From assembly GCA_950097015.1 (NCBI GenBank), contig CATNEN010000009.1:248001-312000 (forward strand): a stretch of 64,000 nucleotides of DNA, in the 5' to 3' direction. The stretch's first letter is position 1. Each line of letters opens with the position of its first letter. The DNA comes from Macrostomum hystrix (Eukaryota > Animalia > Platyhelminthes). A program made the translations under genes and the position numbers. The notes below the pieces were generated by a model. That model did no database searches. It saw nothing but the letters and a program-made list of their open reading frames with translations, and was not told the DNA's origin. Below are positions 38,078 to 48,939 of this stretch, in pieces.

Positions 38078-38312
38078 ACTCAACTGACAACTGGCCTGTG
38101 CCGGTTATCTACGGACGCCATCCTTAACTCCTCAACTGACAACTAGCCTGTGCCGATTATCAACGGATGCGATCCTTAACTCCTCAACTGACAACTGGCC
38201 TGTGCCGATTATCAACGGATGCCATCCTTAACTCCTCAACTGACAACTGGCCTGTGCCGATTATCTAAGGACGCCATCCTTGACTGCTCAACTGACAACT
38301 GGCCTGTACCAA
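38078..38312. repeat. 52-bp tandem repeat, ~4.5 copies
   Basis: tcaactgacaact at 38080, 38132, 38184 and onward. Confidence 0.9.
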
Positions 38313-38769
38313 CTGCTTTATTAACAGCTGACGTTATTCAATTACAAAGTGAATAGGCCTTGAAGACACAGCCTAGTTTGAGCAATCCACTTGTATTTTC
38401 ATGAGGCGTTGGTGTGCTCTTTATTTTTCACTACGTGGTGAGGCATTTCACACCTGACTCAGACTCATATTCGCACTCTATCAGCTGGTGCACCATATGC
38501 CGCTCGCACCGGCGGGACACAGCGCCTGTGAGGTATGAGTCAGACCAGGCCCACGGGCTAAGGTCTGCGATGCCTCACACCTGCAGTCGCTTTTTGAGCA
38601 GGCCTGGCAGGAGGGAGCCCTGTGCCTTCGGGTGCAGGAATCCCTCCACGCTGTCCCGTCAGCTGACCCATGGGTACACGTCCCGCGAGTGTTCAAGGCT
38701 GACCCTAGGGCTGCCGGACAGAATGGGCAACAGCGCTGGATGACCCATCCAGGGCCTCCGGCCAAACTG

Positions 38770-39505
38770 GGTACCTCTAGCCCCGGCTGGAGGGAAAGGT
38801 GTCACCCTTCGACCTTAACAGGGTATGCGGCCAGTCCGCAGCGTTTGTGCACCTGTGCGTGATCAGGTACCTCTGGCTACGGCTCTGAGGGAAAGGTGTC
38901 ACCCTTCGACCTTAACAGGGTATGCGGCCAGTCCGCAGCGTTCGTGCACCTGTGCGTGATCAGGTACCTCTGGCTACGGCTCTGAGGGAAAGGTGTCACC
39001 CTTCGACCTTAACAGGGTATGCGGCCAGTCCGCAGCGTTCGTGCACCTGTGCGTGATCAGGTACCTCTGGCTACGGCTCTGAGGGAAAGGTGTCACCCTT
39101 CGACCTTAACAGGGTATGCGGCCAGTCCGCAGCGTTCGTGCACCTGTGCGTGATCAGGTACCTCTGGCTACGGCTCTGAGGGAAAGGTGTCACCCTTCGA
39201 CCTTAACAGGGTATGCGGCCAGTCCGCAGCGTTCGTGCACCTGTGCGTGATCAGGTACCTCTGGCTACGGCTCTGAGGGAAAGGTGTCACCCTTCGACCT
39301 TAACAGGGTATGCGGCCAGTCCGCAGCGTTCGTGCACCTGTGCGTGATCAGGTACCTCTGGCTACGGCTCTGAGGGAAAGGTGTCACCCTTCGACCTTAA
39401 CAGGGTATGCGGCCAGTCCGCAGCGTTCGTGCACCTGTGCGTGATCAGGTACCTCTGGCTACGGCTCTGAGGGAAAGGTGTCACCCTTCGACCTTAACAG
39501 GGTAC
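38770..39505. repeat. 97-bp tandem repeat, ~7.5 near-identical copies
   Basis: agggaaaggtgtcacc at 38791, 38888, 38985 and onward. Confidence 0.95.
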
Positions 39506-40188
39506 GCAGGTTAACTGCGGGTCTGGCGCTGCTTTCTGCCGCCCTCTAAGGCCCAAGGTCTCGCCGTGCCGAAGGGCGCTTGGCCGGGGAGTAGTCCGGT
39601 CTTTAGCGGTTTCTTTTTATTCTCTTCTCTTTTCTTGTGAGTCACCTCTCACCCTCCTCCCGCTTTCAGCAATGGCTTCTTCTGCTCAAGCGCCCTTGCC
39701 TGTCTGCGGGCCTACAGGGGTTAGCGGTATGGGCGACCCTCGCCTCCCCGCTGCGTCCATGGACCACCCTGCAGCTAAGTCAAAGTAAGTCAAAAGCACC
39801 ATATGCCACAGGCTTGCGTATCAGCCTGGTCTCGCTCCCTGCCTCCTGCCATCTGCCACTTGCTGGCGCTCGTGCACTCCAAAGTGTGCGCAAATCTTCA
39901 CGGCTCTTCCTGGAAACCTGGGAAATTGTGTGCAGTCGCCCCTGCCTCCACCTCTACCCCTCTCTCTGTAACTGGTCCCATCTCACCCGAGCTGTCTGCC
40001 TGACTCTTGCTGCTCATCAGCTACTCGCCATGCTCCCCGACCATTCCGCATCTCTCGCTCTCCCTCCCTCCCCTAGCCTCCACGCGGCTCGGGACGCAGC
40101 TGTCCTGATAAAAGACAAAGGTAAAAGCCTGAGGCCCTCAGCGGCCAGGGCTATCCGCCTTCATCCTAATCAGGCAGCCGGCTTTGCC

Positions 40189-43100
40189 ATGACTTCCGAA
40201 GCATCGAAGGAGCAGCTGTGGGAGGCTCAGGAGAAATCAACAGATCCCATGCCGCCTACCGCCGCATCGAGTCGTGTCGCTGGCATAAGGAAGCTTGAAA
40301 AGTGAGATCCTGTTGCTTATTGTTGATCTTACACGCACTGAGAGAGCGACTTTTGCTCTGAGAATTAGGGAAAGACACGAACATGCGGGACTACAGAGAG
40401 TGACTTCAGATACGAATGCTAGAACTTAATTAATCAGGTTAGAAAGGCGAATTTCACTCTCTGCATCATTAGCGTCTGCTTCTCTTGTGTTTGCTCTTAT
40501 TCTGCTCTCATCACAATCTTCTCGGCTATGCTCTTGGCTGTGCAGCTGTCAGCTCATTGCTGGCATACTCTAGGCTGTGCAGCTGTCAGCTCATTGCTGG
40601 CATACTCTAGGCTGTGCAGCTGTCAGCTCATTGCTGGCATACTCTAGGCTATGCAGCTGTCAGCTCATTGCTGGCATACTCTAGGCTGTGCAGCTGTCAG
40701 CTCATTGCTGGCATACTCTAGGCTGTGCAGCTGTCAGCTCATTGCTGGCATACTCTAGGCTGTGCAGCTGTCAGCTCATTGCTGGAATACTCTAGGCTGT
40801 GCAGCTGTCAGCTCATTGCTGGCATACTCTAGGCTGTGCAGCTGTCAGCTCATTGCTGGCATACTCTAGGCTGTGCAGCTGTCAGCTCATTGCTGGCATA
40901 CTCTAGGCTGTGCAGCTGTCAGCTCATTGCTGGCATACTCTAGGCTGTGCAGCTGTCAGCTCATTGCTGGCATACTCTAGGCTGTGCAGCTGTCAGCTCA
41001 TTGCTGGCATACTCTAGGCTGTGCAGCTGTCAGCTCATTGCTGGCATACTCTAGGCTGTGCAGCTGTCAGCTCATTGCTGGCATACTCTAGGCTGTGCAG
41101 CTGTCAGCTCATTGCTGGCATACTCTAGGCTGTGCAGCTGTCAGCTCATTGCTGGCATACTCTAGGCTGTGCAGCTGTCAGCTCATTGCTGGCATACTCT
41201 AGGCTGTGCAGCTGTCAGCTCATTGCTGGCATACTCTAGGCTGTGCAGCTGTCAGCTCATTGCTGGCATACTCTAGGCTGTGCAGCTGTCAGCTCATTGC
41301 TGGCATACTCTAGGCTGTGCAGCTGTCAGCTCATTGCTGGCATACTCTAGGCTGTGCAGCTGTCAGCTCATTGCTGGCATACTCTAGGCTGTGCAGCTGT
41401 CAGCTCATTGCTGGCATACTCTAGGCTGTGCAGCTGTCAGCTCATTGCTGGCATACTCTAGGCTGTGCAGCTGTCAGCTCATTGCTGGCATACTCTAGGC
41501 TGTGCAGCTGTCAGCTCATTGCTGGCATACTCTAGGCTGTGCAGCTGTCAGCTCATTGCTGGCATACTCTAGGCTGTGCAGCTGTCAGCTCATTGCTGGC
41601 ATACTCTAGGCTGTGCAGCTGTCAGCTCATTGCTGGCATACTCTAGGCTGTGCAGCTGTCAGCTCATTGCTGGCATACTCTAGGCTGTGCAGCTGTCAGC
41701 TCACTGTTAAACTATTGGACTTGTATAGCTGCTGCATTCAAGCAAGAGCACCTCAGTCGCCTATCACCAGAGCAGGTGCAGGGCATCATCCAGGAGTAGT
41801 TATTTAGCTCTCTCGCCGAATAGCTTTATACAGTTGGGAATGCGCAACTCTGCATGGTGCAGGCAACATGTAATTAGGAAAGCGATTGTATGCGCTAACT
41901 TTGAGCAGCTCTTCTGTCTAAGGGAAGAGAAAGATTGTAAAAAAGCTTCACCGTGAACTGTGCTACAACGGGCTGTGTAGGGCTCAGAACCAGGGTTTTC
42001 AAGATCTGTACTCAAATCACTGAGTTGTTGCACTGGTTGCCACCCCCAGGAAAGAAAGCTGCGGCGACCTGCAGAGTCGTCTGAAGACCCGGAAGCTGCT
42101 TGGCGTCGGAGAGACGGACGACGGTGATGTGCACAGGTCCAAGCTGAGCCAGATCCTTGGCCACAGCGAACAGTTGTACACGCGGCTGCCCTGGCCAGTG
42201 AGGGCCTACCAGCTCTCAGCCGCAGCCGCCCTTGCTGGCTTTGGAATCACAGTGAGCCTCGAGCTCAGCACTTCTCGGATCTTCAGAGCTGAATTCTAGC
42301 ATAGCTAGCGCAGAGCTGAAGGATAGCATGGCTAGTGCAGAGCTGATGGATAGCATGGCTAGTGCAGAGCTGATGGATAGCATAGCTAGTGCAGAGCTGA
42401 AGGATAGCATGGCTAGTGCAGAGCTGAAGGATAGCATGGCTAGTGCAGAGCTGATGGATAGCATAGCTAGTGCAGAGCTGAAGGATAACATGGCTAGTGC
42501 AGAGCTGAAGGATAGCATGGCTAGTGCAGAGCTGAAGGATAACATGGCTAGTGCAGAGCTGAAGGATAGCATGGCTAGTGCAGAGCTGAAGGATAGCATG
42601 GCTAGTGCAGAGCTGAAGGATAGCATAGCTAGTGCAGAGCTGAAGGATAGCATGGCTAGTGCAGAGCTGAAGGATAGCATAGCTAGTGCAGAGCTGAAGG
42701 ATAGCATGGCTAGCGCAGAGCTGAAGGATAGCATGGCTAGTGCAGAGCTGAAGGATAGCATGGCTAGTGCAGAGCTGAAGGATAGCATGGCTAGTGCAGA
42801 GCTGAAGGATAACATGGCTAGTGCAGAGCTGAAGGATAGCATGGCTAGTGCAGAGCTGAAGGATAGCATGGCTAGTGCAGAGCTGAAGGATAGCATAGCT
42901 AGTGCAGAGCTGATGGATAGCATGGCTAGTGCAGAGCTGAAGGATAGCATGGCTAGTGCAGAGCTGAAGGATAGCATGGCTAGTGCAGAGCTGAAGGATA
43001 GCATGGCTAGTGCAGAGCTGAAGGATAGCATGGCTAGTGCAGAGCTGAATTCTAGCATAGCTAGTGCGGAGCTGAATTCTAGCATGGCTAGTGCAGAGCT

Positions 43101-46100
43101 GAATTCTAGCATAGCTAGTGCAGAGCTGAATGATAGCATGGCTAGTGCAGAGCTGAAGGATAGCATGGCTAGTGCAGAGCTGAATGATAGCATGGCTAGT
43201 GCAGAGCTGAAGGATAGCATGGCTAGTGCAGAGCTGAAGGATAGCATGGCTAGTGCAGAGCTGAAGGATAGCATGGCTAGTGCAGAGCTGAAGGATAGCA
43301 TGGCTAGTGCAGAGCTGAAGGATAGCATGGCTAGTGCAGAGCTGAAGGATAGCATGGCTAGTGCAGAGCTGAAGGATAGCATGGCTAGTGCAGAGCTGAA
43401 GGCTAGCATGGCTAGTGCAGAGCTGAAGGATAGCATGGCTAGTGCAGAGCTGAAGGATAGCATGGCTAGTGCAGAGCTGAAGGATAGCATGGCTAGTGCA
43501 GAGCTGATGGATAGCATGGCTAGTGCAGAGCTGAAGGATAGCATGGCTAGTGCAGAGCTGAAGGCTAGCATGGCTAGTGCAGAGCTGAAGGATAGCATGG
43601 CTAGTGCAGAGCTGAAGGATAGCATGGCTAGTGCAGAGCTGAAGGATAGCATGGCTAGTGCAGAGCTGATGGATAGCATGGCTAGTGCAGAGCTGAAGGA
43701 TAGCATGGCTAGTGCAGAGCTGAAGGATAGCATGGCTAGTGCAGAGCTGAAGGATAGCATGGCTAGTGCAGAGCTGAAGGATAGCATGGCTAGTGCAGCC
43801 TTTCTTGCGCACCAATAGAACCAACTCAATCGAATCATGATTCGCTTCACCACACGCGCCATGAGCTGTCACCACGTCATCGCTTCTCGCTACTCATCTC
43901 AGCTGTGCTCTTTTCAAAGGGTCCAGCTGGACCCAAGGAGTGATGCCGGGGGCTGGCAGCTGGGCGAACTTTTTTCCCCGCTCCAGAGCTCATCCTCGCT
44001 TCATTCTGTCTCCCCCTGAGACTCGAAGGGATGGCCGATTGCCCAAGTAGCCAGGATATGGAAGATGGGATAATTTCCCCTTAGCGCCAACTTTCGTCCT
44101 CGCATCGGAGGCATGAGGCCAGCTCAGCTTGCCGCGGAACAAAGCTTCTCGCGACTCCGCCTTTGTGTCCCGTCTTCCCGTCTGCGAAGGAACTTCCTAC
44201 AGTTCCAGAGAGGGAGACACCTCGGGCAAACATCAGCTGCAAGTCGGGCGAGAGACCCAGGCAGAGTGGTTGGAAAGAGGGTGAGGGGTAGTTGTAGAGT
44301 TTGCTGAGCAGAGACACGCGCTGCCGAGGAAACTGAGTAGCTCGAGCTGATGCAGATTGCGTGCTTCCCGAGCTCAGGTCCTGCTCACTCGCTATTCACC
44401 TGGGTCACTTCCCCTCTCCCATTGCAGGCCTGCGTCAGGCCCGCCCTGGCTTTCGGAGCGGCTAGCGAGGAGGCCGGTCTTCTGGCTAGACTGTGCGGCG
44501 GCGGCTCAATGAGTGAGTCTATCAGCGCTCTGCTGAGTACGAATATCATTCGACATGCTGCAGTCCACAGCTTTAGAGAGAATGAGAACGTCACGGCAGC
44601 AGAGCTTATAAAGATTAACAGAATTGAAGACCTCGGGAAACCTCAGAGTTCAGGGGCAAGGAGTATTCGACTGGTCCATCTGTTGGACTGACCACACAAT
44701 ACCGGAAGTAGAGATGGGAAAGCTGATTACAGATGGGATATTGTCCCAATTTTGCGTGTGTGTCTGTGTGCATGTTTCTGGGTGTCTGAGTGCCAATGTA
44801 TCAGAGTTAGCATTTGTGGAGCTTATAACTTTTGCATCATAAAGAAACCTGTCTCCTTAGCAGACCCTTTAGAACAATTGAATTATGACTAAAGGCTGGT
44901 TCGAAGAAAGCAGAGTAAACCTTGCTGGTTGGCTGACAGCTTGACGTCGCGAGCTCGTTTCCCCTGCCGCCCTCAGCCGTGGCCTTCGTGCTGTGGCTGG
45001 CCTGGCGCTCCGAGGACCGGGAGGTGACGCGCCTGTCGCTCGCGGCGGTGGCTACCCACTCTGCATTGCAGCTGCTGGGTGAGCTGGGGACACTGCAACC
45101 TCTGTGACTGTCAGCATCCTCTTTGTACTAGCCCAATGCGCATTGCTGCTTCTGCTTTCATCTTTCACAGCTCCCAATTTCCCCTCCGGGTTCGAATTGC
45201 AATATCAATCTCGCTATGCCTGTCTCTCCTGTAGACTTCTCATACTCTCATTGTCCATTCTCCATCACCTTTATCGGCTGCACCAATGCCATATATTAGC
45301 CCCTTCTTACACCCGAGATCTGCCATGTCTCAGCTGGTGTCTCACACTCATTCCTCATCTCTCAGCTGGTGTCTCACACTCATTCCTCATCCCTCACCTG
45401 GTGTCTCACACTCATTCCTCATCCCTCACCTGGTGTCTCACACTCATTCCTCATCCCTCACCTGGTGTCTCACACTCATTCCTCATCCCTCACCTGGTGT
45501 CTCACACTCATTCCTCATCCCTCACCTGGTGTCTCACACTCATTCCTCCTCCCTCACCTGGTGTCTCACACTCATTCATCATCCCTCACCTGGTGTCTCA
45601 CACTCATTCCTCATCCCTCACCTGGTGTCTCACACTCATTCCTCATCCCTCACCTGGTGTCTCACACTCATTCCTCATCTCTCAGCTGGTGTCTCACACT
45701 CATTCCTCATCCCTCACCTGGTGTCTCACACTCATTCCTCATCCCTCACCTGGTGTCTCACACTCATTCCTCATCCCTCACCTGGTGTCTCACACTCATT
45801 CCTCATCTCTCAGCTGGTGTCTCACACTCATTCCTCATCCCTCACCTGGTGTCTCACACTCATTCCTCATCCCTCACCTGGTGTCTCACACTCATTCCTC
45901 ATCCCTCACCTGGTGTCTCACACTCATTCCTCATCCCTCACCTGGTGTCTCACACTCATTCCTCATCCCTCACCTGGTGTCTCACACTCATTCCTCCTCC
46001 CTCACCTGGTGTCTCACACTCATTCATCATCCCTCACCTGGTGTCTCACACTCATTCCTCATCCCTCACCTGGTGTCTCACACTCATTCCTCATCCCTCA

Positions 46101-48461
46101 CCTGGTGTCTCACACTCATTCCTCATCTCTCAGCTGGTGTCTCACACTCATTCCTCATCCCTCACCTGGTGTCTCACACTCATTCCTCATCCCTCACCTG
46201 GTGTCTCACACTCATTCCTCATCCCTCACCTGGTGTCTCACACTCATTCCTCATCTCTCAGCTGGTGTCTCACACTCATTCCTCATCCCTCACCTGGTGT
46301 CTCACACTCATTCCTCATCCCTCACCTGGTGTCTCACACTCATTCCTCATCCCTCACCTGGTGTCTCACACTCATTCCTCATCCCTCACCTGGTGTCTCA
46401 CACTCATTCCTCATCCCTCACCTGGTGTCTCACACTCATTCCTCATCTCTCAGCTGGTGTCTCACACTCATTCCTCATCCCTCACCTGGTGTCTCACACT
46501 CATTCCTCATCCCTCACCTGGTGTCTCACACTCATTCCTCATCCCTCACCTGGTGTCTCACACTCATTCCTCATCCCTCACCTGGTGTCTCACACTCATT
46601 CCTCATCTCTCAGCTGGTGTCTCACACTCATTCCTCATCCCTCACCTGGTGTCTCACACTCATTCCTCATCCCTCACCTGGTGTCTCACACTCATTCCTC
46701 ATCCCTCACCTGGTGTCTCACACTCATTCCTCATCCCTCACCTGGTGTCTCACACTCATTCCTCATCCCTCACCTGGTGTCTCACACTCATTCCTCCTCC
46801 CTCACCTGGTGTCTCACACTCATTCATCATCCCTCACCTGGTGTCTCACACTCATTCCTCATCCCTCACCTGGTGTCTCACACTCATTCCTCATCCCTCA
46901 CCTGGTGTCTCACACTCATTCCTCATCTCTCAGCTGGTGTCTCACACTCATTCCTCATCCCTCACCTGGTGTCTCACACTCATTCCTCATCCCTCACCTG
47001 GTGTCTCACACTCATTCCTCATCTCTCAGCTGGTGTCTCGCACTCAGTCCTCATCTCTTAGCTGGTGTCTCACACTCATTCCTCATCCCTCACCTGGTGT
47101 CTCACACTCATTCCTCCTCCCTCACCTGGTGTCTCACACTCATTCATCATCCCTCACCTGGTGTCTCACACTCATTCCTCATCTCTCACCTGGCGTCTCA
47201 CACTCATTCCTCATCTCTCACCTGGCGTCTCACACTCATTCCTCATCTCTCACCTGGTGTCTCGCACTCACTCTGTACTAAATCAAACCTTCCTATTGTC
47301 ATCTCTTGTTAGTTTGATCCTTGCGAATAACTCTTCTTTATACCTTACTCTGCAACCTGCTATCATCGAAATCAACTAGGGCTGCAGTTGCTGCCTTTTT
47401 TGGTTGGGCAAGCCCGATTTTTTGCTTCCGCCCGCTAATCTGCTACGTTGTTCCCCTGAATTACGAATGGCAAGCAGCGTAAGAATTCCCCGCTAGACCC
47501 AGAAGCGCAGAAAGTTCAATAAGTTTTACGGCACCCGATAAGCCATCTGCTTTGGCAGCCGAAATCCAGCAGCTTGCTTATCCGGCTGAGTTGCCATGCT
47601 CAACCCAGCTCTACTCAGATAGCCCTGCTTTGAAACTGAGCCTGTTTTCTACTTGCCTGGCTTCTGGCTTAGCTCTCACGTCAACAGGCTTAATGATGCA
47701 TGCCTCATCCTGGCTCAGAAGCTGCAGCCTTCACCTCGCACTCACCGTGACCCGGCCGCCCAACTCAGAATCACTCATTTCCGCTTTCTATCTCATATAG
47801 CTGCATTTTCACAGTTATAGACAATACTGAAAATCCTTTTATGGTTTAGGATGCTCTGTACAGAGATTCTTTATCGCGCACTGCAGTTAGGATTGTTGGG
47901 GATTAAGAGGAGAAACATTGGAGGAACATGGGAGATGAGCAGCATAGGGGATGAGGAACATGGGAGATGAGCAGCATAGGAGATGAGGAACATTGCAGAT
48001 GAACAGCATAGGAGATGAGGAACATTGCAGATGAGCAGCATAGGAGATGAGGAACATTGCAGATGAGCAGCATAGGAGATGAGGAACATTGCAGATGAGC
48101 AGCATAGGAGATGAGGAACATGGGAGATAAGAAACATGGGAGATTAGGAACATTGCAGATGAGGATCATGGGAGATGAGGAAGACGAGAAAGCAGCCCAA
48201 GAGCACCTTAAGACTGAATCCCGTTCCGCAGTGTCGTTGTGCTCGGCGGCCCTGGATGCGGCCTGCCCCCGACTGCCCCCTCCGCGACAGTCGCTGTGGC
48301 TGGCGGGCCACGCAGTCGCAGCGGCCGGAGCTCTGCTCTGCCTCCGCGGTGGTTGCCAGCGGCGGCACGCACACAAGCAGCAGCAGCCGCCTCATTGTCG
48401 GCCTGATTGTCAATTGTCGGAGGATCCGCACGAGGAAGATGACAGCAAGAAGCAGCAGTGA
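40189..48461 (+). CDS. TP53I11: TP53I11/PIG11-like multi-pass membrane protein
   Basis: join(40189..40301,42050..42251,44428..44512,44977..45078,48232..48461). Exon 2 KESCGDLQSRLKTRKLLGVGETDDGDVHRSKLSQILG matches the family signature (DLxSRLKTRKxLGVG..DDGxxHRSKxSQxLG); later RLCGGG and AFVLWLAWRSEDREVTR also fit. First and last exons are less certain (alternative last exon 47688..47800). Missed by the ORF track. Confidence 0.85.
40536..41703. repeat. 37-bp minisatellite (GGCTGTGCAGCTGTCAGCTCATTGCTGGCATACTCTA)n in TP53I11 intron 1
   Basis: Period 37, ~31 almost identical copies. Confidence 0.95.
42283..43798. repeat. 27-bp minisatellite (ATGGCTAGTGCAGAGCTGAAGGATAGC)n in TP53I11 intron 2
   Basis: ~56 copies; source of the MASAELKDS / AMLSFSSAL / HAILQLCTS pseudo-ORFs. 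Confidence 0.95.
45330..47270. repeat. 32-bp minisatellite (TGGTGTCTCACACTCATTCCTCATCCCTCACC)n in TP53I11 intron 4
   Basis: ~60 copies; pyrimidine-rich on +. Confidence 0.95.
47915..48182. repeat. 32-bp minisatellite (GAGGAACATTGCAGATGAGCAGCATAGGAGAT)n
   Basis: gaggaac at 48017, 48049; ~8 copies. Confidence 0.9.
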
Positions 48462-48939
48462 CCGGAATCAATGTGTATTGTTTGTAGGGCCGGCTTTTTT
48501 GGTCAATTGTTGTGGTGGCTGACTCGGGCTACATTGCTGATGAAGGCGTGCATTGTTGGGGACACGGAAAATTTATTCTTAGGCACCTCTCGTGAGTTTA
48601 AAACCAGATTCACTGTTTGCATGAAAAAATCTGGGAATTCCCTGATAAAATTATGGGAAAGCATCTGAAAACTAGCTCTTAGAATTCCCTGATACAATTA
48701 TGGGAAAGCTTCTGAAAACTAGCTCTTATATAAAAAATTAGCTAATGGACTCGCAGTATTTTACTACAAACAGGTATAATACGCTCGTATACTACTCATA
48801 TCATGACTCGTAGAATGCAATGATGCTTGTCTTTGCTTTATTATTATTATAATTTCAATGTTTCTCTCTTTTCTTGATTAACTAGCTAGTTAAAAATGAC
48901 GATAAGTAGCTAGAAATAAATTTCACATAATAACTGAGT

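Noticed and set aside
38770-39505. Hammerhead ribozyme search in the 97-bp and other monomers
   Set aside because: No CTGANGA...GAAA core with proper stems found by eye
39637-40188. 5' part of the 222-aa ORF upstream of the TP53I11 ATG
   Set aside because: GTG start, no recognisable homology, and an acceptor sits just before 40189; probably intron, outron or UTR
42216-43875. 496-548-aa ORFs on both strands (MASAELKDS)n
   Set aside because: 27-bp monomer open in several frames; lies within TP53I11 intron 2
45104-47312. 591-725-aa His/Ser/Leu-rich ORFs in all three + frames
   Set aside because: Artefact of a stop-free 32-bp monomer
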